Positions 1 to 15,633 of a stretch of DNA of 64,000 nucleotides are shown here, piece after piece. The stretch is from the human T2T-CHM13v2.0 reference genome, Homo sapiens. Positions within the stretch are counted from its first letter, which is position 1. Each line of letters opens with the position of its first letter. A program made the translations under genes and the position numbers. The stretch lies in the NCBI RefSeq assembly GCF_009914755.1, contig NC_060932.1; one strand, 5' to 3'. The notes below the pieces were generated by a model, which made no database searches, was not told where the DNA came from, and saw only the letters and a program-made list of their open reading frames with translations.

Positions 1-718
1 AAGGAATGGAAGATGAATCATGCCTTCAGCACAGAGAGACCTTCCTCACTAGTAAATGCGCCTCCAGAAATGTCCAAGAACTCAGTGCCAGAGCCAGGCT
101 GGCTGCATGAGAATCACCTGCGAGCTTTTGCAAACATAGGCCCCTACTGGCTCCAAATGTATTCGTCTCTTGGAGAGGAGGAGAAAGGCAGAACAAGGAA
201 AAGGATGGGAAGAAACCAGCCTTGTGCACAGGAGGATGCTGGGATTCCTCCTGCAAGTTTAGCGCAATGCAGCCTATTTTACAAGGTCACAGAAGCTCAG
301 AGAGGTAAACCTGCCCAGGTTCTCATAGCTTGTAAGTGACAAAACAAAACCCGCCCAAGTCTCTGTCTCTAGAGATATTTCCACTTGCTTTAACTCTGGA
401 GCTGTCTTAGTTGTAAAGACAGATTCCACTCCTCACTCACTTTTGTTTGCAGATATTGCCTAAGGTCCCTTGTGAATATTTAGGTCAGGGCTTTTTTTTT
501 TTTTGAGTTTTTGTTTGTTTGTTTGTTTGTTTTTAAAAAAGCAATCTTGTAGAAAGAACCCAAAGTGGCTCCCCATTTTAAGACTCTGCAAACAGGGAGA
601 CCAGAGTCTGGAGTCCCGGTCTGATTTCCACACTTTCCTTAGATTTCCCTGTGTGTAAAATCCAACAATAATCTTTGACAAATTGCCTCCCCCAGGGGAG
701 AGATGGAGGAAGTGTTAA

Positions 719-1025
<307 letters not shown>

Positions 1026-1939
1026 ACTTTGCTATTTTTTTAATAGACAGCTTCGAGGTCCAGTATGATTTCACAGATTAGGAAACATCACAGGCAAAGA
1101 AGAACACTTTGCATTCAAATAGTAGAATGTTTTTGTTTTCAAGGAGCTCTCACCTGCCATCTAATCTTGTCTTCCTAGCAGTCCTGGGAGAGAAGCAGAT
1201 GTGGTTTCCAATCCCACTTTCCAAAAGAGGAGACTGAGGCAGAGGCTTTGCAGATACACAGAGGACATGTGAGGACAGGTGAAGGTCATGATCATTGTCA
1301 GCGCCCTCCCCCAACTTGACATTCCCAGACCTAGTGGACTTCCAAACAGAGGAGACAGAAGAACTGATCAATCAATTCTGCCATGGGTGCCAGGACCCAA
1401 TTTTTCCCTGGCTAACTCGGTCACATCCTGTCTGGGATCTCCAACTACTACCCATCCCACAAGTCTCAGCTAAAACAGGAATTCAACGGGGAACATTTTT
1501 CTGAGGCTCCAGGATTGGGCCAGGCCCTCTCCATGGCTGTCTGACCTTCCCCTAATGCAGAACTTAGCGTCTGTATGTCACTATTGGTTCAAACATGTGC
1601 CTTTCATATGCTCTCCACGTTATCTGCAGCATCTGCCAAGAATAATAATGAATGGTAAAACCTAATCTCTATTGAGTGCCGATGATGCACTTTTAATGTG
1701 ACATCTTATTTAATCCTCACTATATCTGCAAGAGTAGAAGCTATTAATAGCCAATTTTCAGATAAGAAAGTCAAAGCACAGTTTCTATAACTTACCCAAG
1801 CAGCTAGCTAGGAGGCAGCTCAGTTTGAGCCCAGGGAATCTTATTCCAGAGATCATGTTCTCAATTACTAGAGCAGGTACCTCCCCAGAATCTAGCAGGT
1901 GGTTAACGAGTCTTTGTGGAATAAATGAACAGAAGGACA

Positions 1940-2340
1940 ACAGATGGATGGATACATAGGTGGATGGGTGGATAATGGGTGGGCGGGCAGGTGGATGAAT
2001 GAATGGATGGTTGAGTCAGTGAAGGGATGGCTGAGTGGGTGGAGAAATGGATGAGTGGGTGAGGGGTTGGAGGGATAAATGGATGGATGGGTGGGTGGAT
2101 AGATGGTTAGATGAGTAAACGGGTGGATAGATGCATGGGTGAGTGGATGGATAGAGGGTGGTGGTGGATGGGTAGGTGGATGATAGCTGGGTGTATAAGA
2201 GACTGGGTTGGATGGATAGATTGGTGGGTGGGTAGATAGATGGGTGGGTGGTTGGATGTATGCATGTGTGGATGGATGGATGGATGGACGGATGGAAGGA
2301 AGGAAGGGTGGATGGATGGATGGACAGATGAACAGATAGA
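1940..2340. repeat. Degenerate (GGAT/GGGT)n simple repeat
   Basis: ~400 bp of ggat/gggt/agat tetramers. Confidence 0.95.
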
Positions 2341-4197
2341 CTTGGGCATTTATTCGGGGTCCTCCAAAGAATTGAGTTATTTCCCTAGGGTGTCTCATCA
2401 CCTGCAGGTAGGTGGGCAAGGGGGCTTGCCTCTGTAATACTCATGATTATGGGTAGTGCTCAGCCTTAGTCACCACTCTCAGAACACTTTATTGACTAGG
2501 AAAGTCAAAACTGGCATTGATAACTAACGGAAATTGCAGCTAAAACTAACAGAAGATGTTGAGCTGATGACAGCTGGGCAACCAATAATCAATAACTTGG
2601 CTGTGTCATGTTACTGCCATGCTGGGCAGGTAGAACCAGGTGTTCCTTAATCCCTCCTTCACATTAAGGATGCTTATCAAGACTTCCCCAACCATGGAGA
2701 CAGGGATATTATCAAATACTTGCAGTTCACCCCAAAAGGCTCACCCTCTTCGTTCCACCTGCACATGACCTTCAGCTCAAAGACATTTCCAGTCCTCCAG
2801 GTCAGCCCTTCTTCCAGCCTTTGAATTAACACTGATGACTGCCTGCCCATTAAGTGTCTTCACCATTCATCACATAGCCTTTTCCAAGGCTTTCCTTCAA
2901 TCCAGCCCTCACTAAACGCTGGAACTGTTGTTGACAAAATCCAGAACAAGCTGGGTGGGGGATGCAGTTGGGAAGCAGGCTGTAGTAATGGGGAAAAATT
3001 CTAAGCAATCTCGAACACAGAAAATAAACTGAACAGGTAAGAGAGAGGCAGTCAAGAGAAGAAGTGTGAATTTTGCATAACTGAAGCTGAAGAAGATCGG
3101 GGGGCATGGCAGACCACAAGATAAATATGATATAGACTCCTTTTTAAAAAAGTATAAACATCCACCCTTTCCTACTGACAACTGTGCTTCAAATATTGCT
3201 AAGGTCTTTACTAAAGGTGAGTCAGAAAAACTGGGTATTTTATGCAATACAGTAAGAAGGCCCATAGGCAAGTATGTTCCTGACACCACCTTCTAGGATA
3301 AGCCCTGAGATTCTGGTTACTCCTGTCCTAAACTTGTCTCTCACTCCTGCTGTTGGAGAGCTACCATGAGAGAAGAACCATAGTGAAGTGGTTAAGAGTG
3401 TGCACCCAGCGACTGGCCAGATGACCACAAACCATCACTATCTAATACTGAGCAAGTTACATAATGTTTCCGAGCCTCAACTTTCTCATCTGTAAAATGG
3501 GTATGTTGTCATTCATTAATCAAATTCTAGGTGAGCATATACTAAACACCAGAGACACAAATGAGAATCAGAACAGGCACGTCCCTGGCCCTTATGGTGA
3601 CCACAGTCTTGAAGGGGAAGGATGACACGCAGAGAAATAGGAAGCCGTAGCTGAGCTAGTTTCTACCACAGAGAGGCAGCTGGTGTCATGAAAGCAGATA
3701 ACAGGGGGTTACTGGGACTGAGTCAGTGTGGCCAGAAGTCCCTGAGGATGTAGTGACTCCAGTGTCAGATGAGACCGTGACCAGGTGAAGAAGCAGGGAG
3801 AGGGAAAATTTTTCAGGCAGAAAGAGCAGGATGTGCAAAGACCCTATGGCAGAAAGAAAACAAAGGAAGTGCAAGAGCCTGAAAGAGGCCAGAGAGAGCA
3901 AGTGAAAATATGGATAATCACAGCACCGACCTCATACAGGACTTGCAAGAAATCGAGACCCTGTCTGTAACAGATTCAGCAATGACTAAATAGAAACTAT
4001 CTCCTAAAAGCACACGATGAGGTTCCTTGGTGGTATTTCCCACATGGGGCTGCCATGCATTCAGAGGCCAAGTTCAATCTGTCTGTAGACAACCTCCAAG
4101 CCAGCTGGACACACATACACCCTCAGGCTCAGGATACCCAGGACAGAGTCCTGGATGCTTGAAGTCATGATAAGTATGCAGAATGACACAGAATTCC

Positions 4198-4511
<314 letters not shown>

Positions 4512-5189
4512 CTAAAGGGGGAGAAAGGGCTTTCTTCCAAAGCTGGGCCTGGTTTCTACAGAGAGTCTTTCATATGAAAATTAAGCAGCTCTTTGCAAGC
4601 ACCTCAGAGGAGAACCCCTCACCCTGATGAATCAGGCACAGGGGCGGATCCAAGACAACTGGCTGCGTGCATGTGAACAAGCCTATGGTGGAAATGCAGT
4701 GCTTTATTGTTTGGGGTGGTTTAATCACCAGGAGGGAGAAGCTTCTAAAGCAGCATTCAGAGGTGGCTGTTGCCTGGGTTTTCTGGAAGGGGGAGGTGGT
4801 GAGGATGAGGGCTTCCCTTTCATCTGCAGGCCCCTTGCAGAAGGAGCTGGGGAAAGCTTTGCAACCATCTGCACACTTTGCCATCTTGTCTGGCTGGGAT
4901 GCCGAGCTCCAGATGGGGGCAGATGGGATAGCTCTTGCCACCGTATTTGGAGAGAGATGTCAGGGAAGTCAGCCCCCGTGGAGAAGACAGGAGCAGGCAA
5001 GTGCTGGACAGTGCTGCCCAGGTCCCTGGGGCTGAAGTGTCCAACCCCACAGCCTCTAGGTGCCACTAAAGCAGCCCAAGAGGATCTTCTCTCTCCATCT
5101 CCATCCTGGCACCTACAGACACTTGGAGAGAGTCCTTCACGTGGGAACTCACAAATGCACACTGATAACCCCCACACGGAACTCTCATA

Positions 5190-5377
5190 CATAGCAAGTG
5201 AAAAGACAGGATGCCAGTTTAACTTGAATTTCAGATAAACAACAAATCATTTTTTAGAGTAAGCAGGTCCCAAATATTGCATGGGATATATTTGCACCAA
5301 AAAAAAAAAAAAAAAAAAAAGGTTAATGAGAAATTCAGGTTTAATTGGACCTCCTGTATTTTACCTGGCAAGCCTAA
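5190..5377. mobile_element. MER53-like palindromic hAT MITE, partly replaced by poly-A
   Basis: acaggatgccagtttaacttgaatttcagataaacaac ... aaattcaggtttaattggacctcctgtattttacctggcaagccta; inverted arms resemble MER53 (recalled). Confidence 0.7.
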
Positions 5378-6759
5378 CCCTGCATAAACACAACCTCGAC
5401 CTTGAAACTCACAGAGAAGACACGGCCGTGCTCACACACGTGCACAAACCCATATGCCTTACAGAGTCAACGGCTGTGATGAGGGTCCAGACCCTTGCAC
5501 ACTTTTCTGTCCTCTGTCTGGGCTCAGAGTAAACAGGGGGTCACCTGGAATCCACGTCTAAGCTGGGCTTGGAGGTGTCCTAATGAAGCAGGATGCTGTC
5601 CTGCAATTCCCCAGCTCAGCTAGGACTGTAGCCAGGCCTAGCTTCCAGTCTCGGGTCTAGAACACACAGCACAGCCCCAGACCTTGGCAAGAAGGTTTCA
5701 TCTCAAAGGCCACTGGTGCAGGAACTATTAGAAGCCCCACTTCTTTCCTCTGTTTCTGCTGCCATTGCCCCAGTCTCTGACCCTGACACTCAATCACTCT
5801 ATTATCACAGCAGGTACTAGGGGTGGCTCTGGGCTCGGCACTAAAGACATTGACCCTGGTAAAGCCACAGTCTAGCAATGACAGTCAACCACCTATCAGC
5901 AACAGCCCTGCCCCACACGTGCTGACTGCGCACAAGGCCGGCGCTATGAACGTGCTCTCAACAGTGATCTCACTGAAACCTCATGGCAGCTCTAGGATGC
6001 AGACAGTAGCATCACATTATCCCCATTTTACTTTTGAGGAAACTGAGGCCTGAAGGCGGCAAATGCAGGCCTCGAGATTTGCAGTAACATTGCCAGGAAT
6101 GTTTGAGAAAGCAAACTTCTCCAGAGTGAGGCAGTCTGCCAGAGCTCAGAAGCCAGTGTCCCTGTTAGCAGGGGCTGGGGGCACTGTGGGGTGGAGGCAG
6201 ACAAGCAGGTAGGGGCTGGACCCCCCAGGACACCAGGGTGCAGACTGGTGTGAGTAAAAGAAAGAGGGGCTGTCATGCCATCATCTGCAGAAGATGATGT
6301 CTACAGAGGACAGTACCATGTGAGCCCTTGGGAAGCTGGATGACCGGATGGAGTTTTGCACAGGATGCAAATTGAGCACAGATCCCCCTCTGACCTAGAC
6401 AGCCCACCTCCAGGAACATCTCACAGAAATGCAGGCACAGAGCACCAAGTGATGTGTGTAAGGAAATTCATCAGAACACCGTCTGTGATTGGGAAAAGGC
6501 GGAAACCCTCCAAAGACGTATCGGTGCAGGGCTGGTTAAACGAAGCGTGGTACATCCACACGTCAGAATAACTGCAGGGAGAAGAAGGTGGTACCCAGGT
6601 TCCAACGTGAGACAATGTCAAAGACATGCTGCCTGAAAAACAGGCTTTCCAAAGAATAAATATAGCATTATTGCATTTTACTTTTTTAAAAAGATTACAA
6701 TAAACACTTATGTGCAAATACATGTGCTTGTGTGCACAGAGGAAAAAGCTGTGGACAGA

Positions 6760-7035
6760 AACAGAAAACCAAACACGGTGTGTTCTCACTCATAAGTGGG
6801 AGTTGAACAATGAGAACACATGGACACAGGGAGGGGAATATCACACACCGGGGCCCATCGGGGGTGGGGGACAAGGCGAGGGGGAGCGTTAGGTCAAATA
6901 CCTAATGCATGCGGGGCTTAAAACCTAGATGACGGGTTGATAGGTGCAGCAAACCACCATGGCACATGTATATCTATGTAACAAACCTGCACATTCTGCA
7001 CATGTATCTCAGAACGTAGAATAAAAAATAAAAAG
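6760..7035 (+). mobile_element. L1PA 3' end fragment
   Basis: gttctcactcataagtgggagttgaacaatgagaacacatggacacaggg...aataaaaaataaaa. Confidence 0.92.
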
Positions 7036-7154
7036 AAATCAAAGAAAAAGGTGGGGAGAGGTATACCCCAACCCTTCCCAGTGTTACCTCTGAGATGCAA
7101 GATCAAGAAAAGCAAATCAAGAGGTAGTTTTGCTTTCTGTTTTCTATATATATA

Positions 7155-7770
7155 TTTTTTTTTTTTTTTTTTTTTTTTGGAGACATAGTCTCGCTCTATT
7201 GCCCAGTCTGGAGTCCAGGGACACAATCTCGGCTCACTGCAACCTCCTCCTCACCGCAACCTCCTCCTCACTACAACCTCCTCCTCAGTGCAACCTCCTT
7301 CTCACTGCGACCTCCTCACTGCGACCTCCTCCTCACTGCAACCTCCTCCTCACTGCAACCTCCTACTCATTGCAACCTGCTCCTCACTACAACCTCCTCC
7401 TCACTGCAACCTCCTCCTTACTGCGACCTCCTCCTCACTGCAACCTCCTCCTTACTGCGACCTCCTCCTCACTGCAACCTCCTCCTCACTGCAACCTGCT
7501 CCTCACTACAACCTCCTCCTCACTGCAACCTCCTCCTCATTGCAACCTGCTCCTCACTGCAACCTGCTCCTTCTGAGTTCAAGGGATTCTCTTGCTTCAG
7601 CCTCCCAAATAACTAGGATTACAGGCATGCACCACCAAGCCCGACTAACTTTTGTATTTTTTGTAGAGACAGGGTTTCACTATTTTGGCCACCTGGTCTC
7701 AAACTCCTGGCCTGCCCTCTTTAGCCTCCAAAAGTCCTGGGATTACAGGTGTGAGCCACCACGCCTGGCC
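7155..7770 (-). mobile_element. Alu with internal 17-bp tandem expansion
   Basis: Alu sequence on both sides of ~20 copies of ctcactgcaacctcctc. Confidence 0.92.
7233..7572. repeat. Alu-derived 17-bp minisatellite
   Basis: unit ctcactgcaacctcctc, ~20 copies with variants. Confidence 0.95.
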
Positions 7771-8335
7771 TGCATTGCTTGAATTCTCAGACCACATGGA
7801 CCCTCTCATCTGGTCCAATTGCAAGAGTCCAAGGCAGGAAAGGCAGAAGGCAGGGGCTTACCCCTCCATCAGGACAACATAGAACGGAGTCAAAAAAGGA
7901 AAACATGAATGGATCAGTCAAGAGGGCCGTGCACATGCCCTCCCAGGCACCTACACCTTGCAACTTAAGCCGACAGCCTTTCAAGCCACAGAGTCTTCCT
8001 CCCCAGAGACTAGCAAGGACACAAGCCCTGGCCAGGCCCTTCCAGGAAGATGTTCTGAGGGACAAGGTGGGGGGCAGAGTCAGGGGTGGCAGGAGGAAAG
8101 GGGGACACGAAGCCAAGGAAACCAGGGCACCACATGCTTCCTGAAGGCAACTAGAACATGGCACCACACAGAGCCCCTGTGTACCTGTTTCTACAACAGC
8201 CTGAACACAAGGAAAAGTAAAACAAGGAAAATACACAAAGCCCAGCCTCACCTGGAGCAGGTTAAATAAAGGTGTGTGAATTTTCCTCATGTCCTTTGGA
8301 ATTGGAAATCCAAGCTTCCTCTTCTGTGCCTTTAA

Positions 8336-9085
<750 letters not shown>

Positions 9086-9627
9086 TAAATGCACCATCTC
9101 CTTATTAGCATGAGCTTTTGAGGCAGACACTTAAATATGCATGCCTAGACATTGTAAAACTTGGGGGAAATGTTAATTTCAATAACGCCACTTCTTGTGC
9201 TTGCAGAAACCATTCTTTTATCTCCCTTCCTAGTCATTTGCGGGCTCCATCCCTCAGAGTGGCAGCGCCAAGACAGCCGGCCTCACTGGGTTTTGTAAGC
9301 TGTGCAAGGTGAGATCCCAAGCCCTGGCCTGGAGACCCATCTTAGGAAAATGTTAGAACAGGGCAACAAGTTGCCATTTCCTCCCTCCTTTCTCTTCCCC
9401 ATACAAAAATCAGAAAGCACCCTTGCCCAGTGCCCAGCCACAGTGAGGAAGAAACCCCACACAAAATCCTGGTTTGTGCCCCTGATACCAAAGACCTGCA
9501 AAATTGGGCCTCACCTGCTGCAACCTCAGCCCAGACTTGTGTACATTTCAAGGGTGGCTGGACTCATGGCGGCCTGGGACGTCAGAGTGGTACGAAGTCC
9601 TCTTAACCTAAGACTGTCAGGGTACAA

Positions 9628-9850
9628 GGATCAGCATTTTTTTCCTTTCTCTCCAGGGCCAGATGGTAAATAGTTGAGCTTTGCAGGCCATAGGTCTCTG
9701 TCCCAAATATTCAACTCTCCATTGTAGCAGGAAAGCAGCCACAGACAATAGGTACTGAAATGGGTGTGGCTGTGTTCCAATAAAACTTTATTTGTGTGAA
9801 CAGGCAGGGGGCTGGTTCTGGCCTGTGGGCTATAGCCTGCCTCCTCTGCT
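9628..9850 (+). mobile_element. MER58A-like DNA transposon remnant
   Basis: agggccagatggtaaata...gtggctgtgttccaataaaactttattt. Confidence 0.7.
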
Positions 9851-10247
9851 ACAGGCTGATCTCCAAGGACCCATCCATCTTGTAGACCAGCAGCTGGCAC
9901 ACAGGAACTGCTCAGATACTTGAAGGAGGAATGGAGAAGGCAAACAGCCCCCAGTGTGCAGATGTGAGGGTCTCCCAGCGGCACCATCCTTCGCCATCTC
10001 ATGCCGAGGGACAAAGCCAGAGCAGGGCTCTCCACCAAGGCTGGGTTCTCCTCCAAGGAAATGTGATAACAGGACAGAAAGCATCGTGGAAGGATAGGGG
10101 CTTTGGAGTCCCACAAACCACAGTTTGCAGGACCAGGAGCATCCTGCACTTCCTTGCACACATCCTGGGTGGGTACTGGAGCATCTAGACTTAGAGTGAA
10201 TCTTCTCCCCATCCTCCCCCAACTGGCCTCCATTAAACTTCCAGCAA

Positions 10248-11060
10248 CAATGTGGTGTATGTACACAATGGAATACTATTCAGCCTTCAAAAAGAAGGAA
10301 ATCCTGCCATTTGAGACAACATGGATGAGCCTGGAGGATATTATGTTAAGTGAAATAAGCCAGGCACAGAACGACAAATACCACATGATCTCACTTACAT
10401 GTGGAATCTAAAAAAGTTGAACTCGGCCAGGCATGGTGGCTCACGCCTGTAATCACAGCACTTTGGGAGGCTGAGACCAGCAGATTGCTTGAGCCCAGGA
10501 GTTCGAGACCAGCCTGCATAACATAGCAATACCCCATCTCTACAAAAAATACAAAAATTAGTGGAGCATGGTAGTGTATGCCTGTACTCCCAGATACTCA
10601 GGAGGCTGAGGTGGAAGGATTGATTGAACTTGGGACGTCAAGGCTGCAGTGAGCCATGATCACAACCCTGCACTACAGCCTGGGCAATAGAAGGAGATTT
10701 TCTCAAAAAAAAGAAAAAAAAAAGAGAAGAAAAAAGTTGAATTCACAGAAGCAGAGTAGAATGATGGTTGCCAGGGTGGGGAAGTGGGCAGATGCCAAAG
10801 GACACAGAATGTCATTTTTAGAGAAGAAGAATAAGTTCAGGAGATCCATGGGACAACAAGGTACCTATAGTTAATAACAACATATCATACACTTGGAAAT
10901 CACTAAGAGAGTAGATTGTTTAAGTGTTCTCACCCCAAAAAGTAAGTCTGGGAGGTGATATGTTATTTAGCTTGATTTAGCCATTTCATAATGTATACAT
11001 ACCTCAATCACATCATGTTGTATACCCTCTTGTACATAATTTTTGCCAATTCAATAAATT
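10248..11060 (+). mobile_element. Old L1M 3' end interrupted by an Alu
   Basis: aatgtggtgtatgtacacaatggaatactattcagcc...gtgaaataagccaggcacag; resumes after the Alu. Confidence 0.85.
10425..10735 (+). mobile_element. Alu (J-like)
   Basis: Alu consensus; flanks aaaaagttgaactc / aaaaagttgaattc. Confidence 0.92.
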
Positions 11061-11126
11061 CAACAACTCCAAAAAACAAGACATTCTCTTTACAAAAATA
11101 ATTATTAAAAATAAAATTCAGAATTC

Positions 11127-11489
<363 letters not shown>

Positions 11490-11664
11490 TAAGTGGTAAT
11501 TGTTCTAACATGTTTTGGTCAAAATAGTCTCCTTACTTATCCACAATTAAATGGTTAATTGATATTTGATTAGATTTTTATAAAGTTTTCAAATCATGAT
11601 TGACTTTTCCAATGTACAGTAAAATGTGTTTGAAAATATTGCATAAAAATTAATATTTAAAAAT

Positions 11665-11871
11665 GGTCAGGCATGGTGGCTTATGCCTGTAATCCCAGCA
11701 CTTTGGGAGGCCAAGGTGGGCCGATCACTTGAGGTCAGGAGTTTGAGACCAGCCTGGCCAAACCTCATCTCTACTAAAAATACAAAAGTTAGTCAGGCAT
11801 GGTGGTACGCACCTGCATTCCCAGCTACTTGGGAAGCTGAGGCAGGAGAATCGCTTGAACCTGGGAGGTGG
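11665..11871 (+). mobile_element. 3'-truncated Alu
   Basis: Alu consensus stops at cctgggaggtgg with no A-tail. Confidence 0.9.
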
Positions 11872-13197
11872 GCTCCCCAGGCTTAAAGCAAAACCTCCAT
11901 CTTGTCTGTCTCCACTCTCATCCCAGGCAATCGCGGTCATTTCCACAGCCTCAACCACTGTCTACCTGGGATGCCTCCCATGCCCGGGTCGCCAGCCCAA
12001 ACCTGCCTTCCTAGCCCCAGACCCATCTGTCCTGGCACACATTGCCCCCTGGGTCCCAACAACCTCAGCCAATGAGACCAATGCCAACTTCCTGTCCTTG
12101 CCTGACACTGTCAGCCCTGAGATCAGACTTGACCATTCACCTCCAGTACCTGATAGGTCTGTCAGTCCTTTGGAACATATCCCACGAACATTCCCCAAAC
12201 CAGGCACCGGACTCCACACATCAACACTGTCACGTGAGTCACCAGCATCCCTGGCAGGGACCCCTGTCCCAGCCTCCAACTCATCTCCTTCCTGTCCCTT
12301 GAGTTCTGTGTCACATTCCAGAGGCCACAAGAAGAAAAATGACCACCTTAATGAAATTAAAAGAATTGAGAAGACATTTCTCTATGGTCCAAAATCTTTC
12401 CAACTAAGAAACACATATCAAGATCCAGCCTGCTGGCCCTGTGGTTAAATGTTCCTGAAATAATTAAAGCCCAGGGCAACACAGCCCCCACTCCACAAGA
12501 ACTCCCAGCACAGTAAGACTTGCTTCTCTACAGGGGCTTGAAATGTCCAGTGTGTACCCTGCCCCTCTCTGTCATAGCTAAAAGGAATGTGCTCCGTGTC
12601 TTCTTCCTGCTCAAAGGACCGTCCACCAACCTGCGCAGGCAGCACTTTCGGCAAGGGGAGGATGGGAGAACATCCTACCATTTCCCACTTACGCACTGCA
12701 TTCATCAGGAGCCTGCCTCACAAATTACAAGAGCGCTACGGCAGACCCACGATGTTCCAGCGGATGGCCATGTCTTCATGTCAACTTGAAAGATCATTGC
12801 CAGGGAAATATCTATATCTCGGCAGAGAGAGCTTCAGCCTGTGTAGTCCAGCTGTGCTCAAATGGAAATCAAAAAAACCAGATGTTGGTCAAAACACCCT
12901 GTCTCAGGGAGCTGGCTCTGCAGGTCCCCAGTGTGAGAGTGAACTGGGTGGGCCACCTGACCTGCCTACCCACATCCCGGCCTCCTGGAATCCTGAACCC
13001 TGAGAACCAGGGGGATGTGGTGGGGAGCAGGCAAGTCTTGTGCAGAAAGCCAAGATGCCACCCAAATCCACTCTGCAGTCTAGGTGAGCGATATTCTGGT
13101 CTGCACCACACCAGTGCACGAGGGGATGGAGGATGGAGTCTAGACAAGCCAAATGTAAAAAGATATTGTCCACGTATTTTGTGCTTTGTCTGTGTTA

Positions 13198-13575
<378 letters not shown>

Positions 13576-13727
13576 CTATGAAAGTGTATCTCATTTATCT
13601 CCATTTTATAGATGAGAAAACTGAGGCCCCTGGAGTACTATTAACTTTCCAAGACAGCATTGCTCATAAAGGGTACAGCAGGGACCCAAGGTCGACACTC
13701 TCACCCTCAAACATTTATACAAGTGTA

Positions 13728-13960
13728 GACCAATGGCTCTCAACTGGGGTGGTTTTGCTCACATACCACTCCCTTGCCCCACAGCATTGAAACCATCTGG
13801 AGACATCTGGGGTAGCCATAACTGGGAGGGTAGAATGGCACCTAGAGGATGGAGACCACAGATGCTGCTAACCGTCCTACAATACACAGGATGCCCCCCC
13901 ACCACCACCACGAATGGTCTCACCCCAAATGTTGTGACGGTGCCAAAGCTGAGAAATCCA
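13728..13960 (+). mobile_element. MER20-like element (second copy near 20715-20947)
   Basis: caatggctctcaactgggg...gatgctgctaaccgtcctacaatacacagga...gccaaagctgagaaa. Confidence 0.7.
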
Positions 13961-15225
13961 GGTTTCTCCTCAGCAAGAAGGAAAATACCTGCAACGTGGA
14001 TGCACCTCTACAGGAGCCCCAGGCTGACAATAACCTTCCTGATCTGGTTTCAACCCTGGATGCTTTTACCTGGTGCATCCATCAGGGATTTCAGGGACTC
14101 CAGTGAGTTATCACCCTCGAATGCTCGGTTCTGCCTGACAACCCAGAAATCTCTGCCAAGGTGCCTGGTCTTGGGGAAGGCTCAGCAAGCGGTTGAGGTT
14201 GACAACCAAATACCTAGGAGAGACTTTTCTCTCTCTCCAGCAGGAGCTGTGGGTCAGACACACCCTGGGATCATTCACAAGCGGTCAATAAAGGCTTGGG
14301 GAGGGGCAGATTTTCTAGGACTTCTCAATGGGGTGGGTGTTTGTGGATACACAAGAAGCCTGTGAAACTTCTGATATTGGCAGGAAATCAATGCCCCCAT
14401 CCTCCACCCCCACCCCCACCTCCCCACCATAAACACATGCCCTGTAGCAGGACTTGACACTCAGGGGCTCCTGGGGTCCCGATTTATCTGCTAAAACATC
14501 CTCTAGCCACCACCGAATAAAGCAACCCCTTGAGACCCAACCACAAGAGCACTGCCTGGAAGCAACTCCAAGGGACACCAAGTCACATTAAAACCTCAGC
14601 CATCCAGAACACCAGGCCTGGTGATGAGAAAGAACATTTTATCCTTAAAAGCATCTGAATGCCCATGCTGCTTCTTGCAGAGAAAAGTCCAAAATAATCT
14701 GTTATTAAAGAACGAGGATGGTTTTGACATTTTTACCAAGCTAGTGGTCTACGCAGACAAAATCTCATAAAAGGGCACTCTGTTCTTCTTGATCCACTCA
14801 GACATGGCCTGTGAGTGAAGAAACGGGCTCTCCTCCTCAAAGAAATCACTGCTGATCCTCACACCAGCCTGACACTGCTTCATGGGTTCTTCAAAGAGAG
14901 TATTCCCATAGGAACTAAAAGGGAAGAGGAATGTGTCTGGCGGGCATTGTGGGCAGCAGTGGGCTTTGGGCCAAATTTTAAGTTTGAAAATCAAGATTCC
15001 CTCTTTTCAAGGGGCCGCCGGACTGAGCAGATACAGGCACCGTGAAAAGAGGGTGCCATGTTCAGATTCAGGAAACAAGGATGGTTTCTGTTCAGTTCCT
15101 CCATCATCCTTCAGGTCATGCGATTCCCATTTCCCTCTGTGGACCAAACAATTCAGTGGGGTTTCTGCCTTTTAAACATTTCATTATCAACATATCATCC
15201 TTTTAGCCTCCAGAAAGCATTTTAA

Positions 15226-15633
<408 letters not shown>

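Noticed and set aside
1892-2437. His/Pro-rich 175-aa ORF and overlapping ORFs
   Set aside because: Translation of the (GGAT)n simple repeat.
7130-7782. Repetitive ORFs (HCNLLLTATSSSLQPPP)n; CRISPR-like look
   Set aside because: Alu-derived tandem 17-mer with no spacers, in a primate context.
11855-12448. 197-aa Pro/Ser-rich ORF
   Set aside because: Starts inside an Alu at a non-ATG codon; no recognisable domain.
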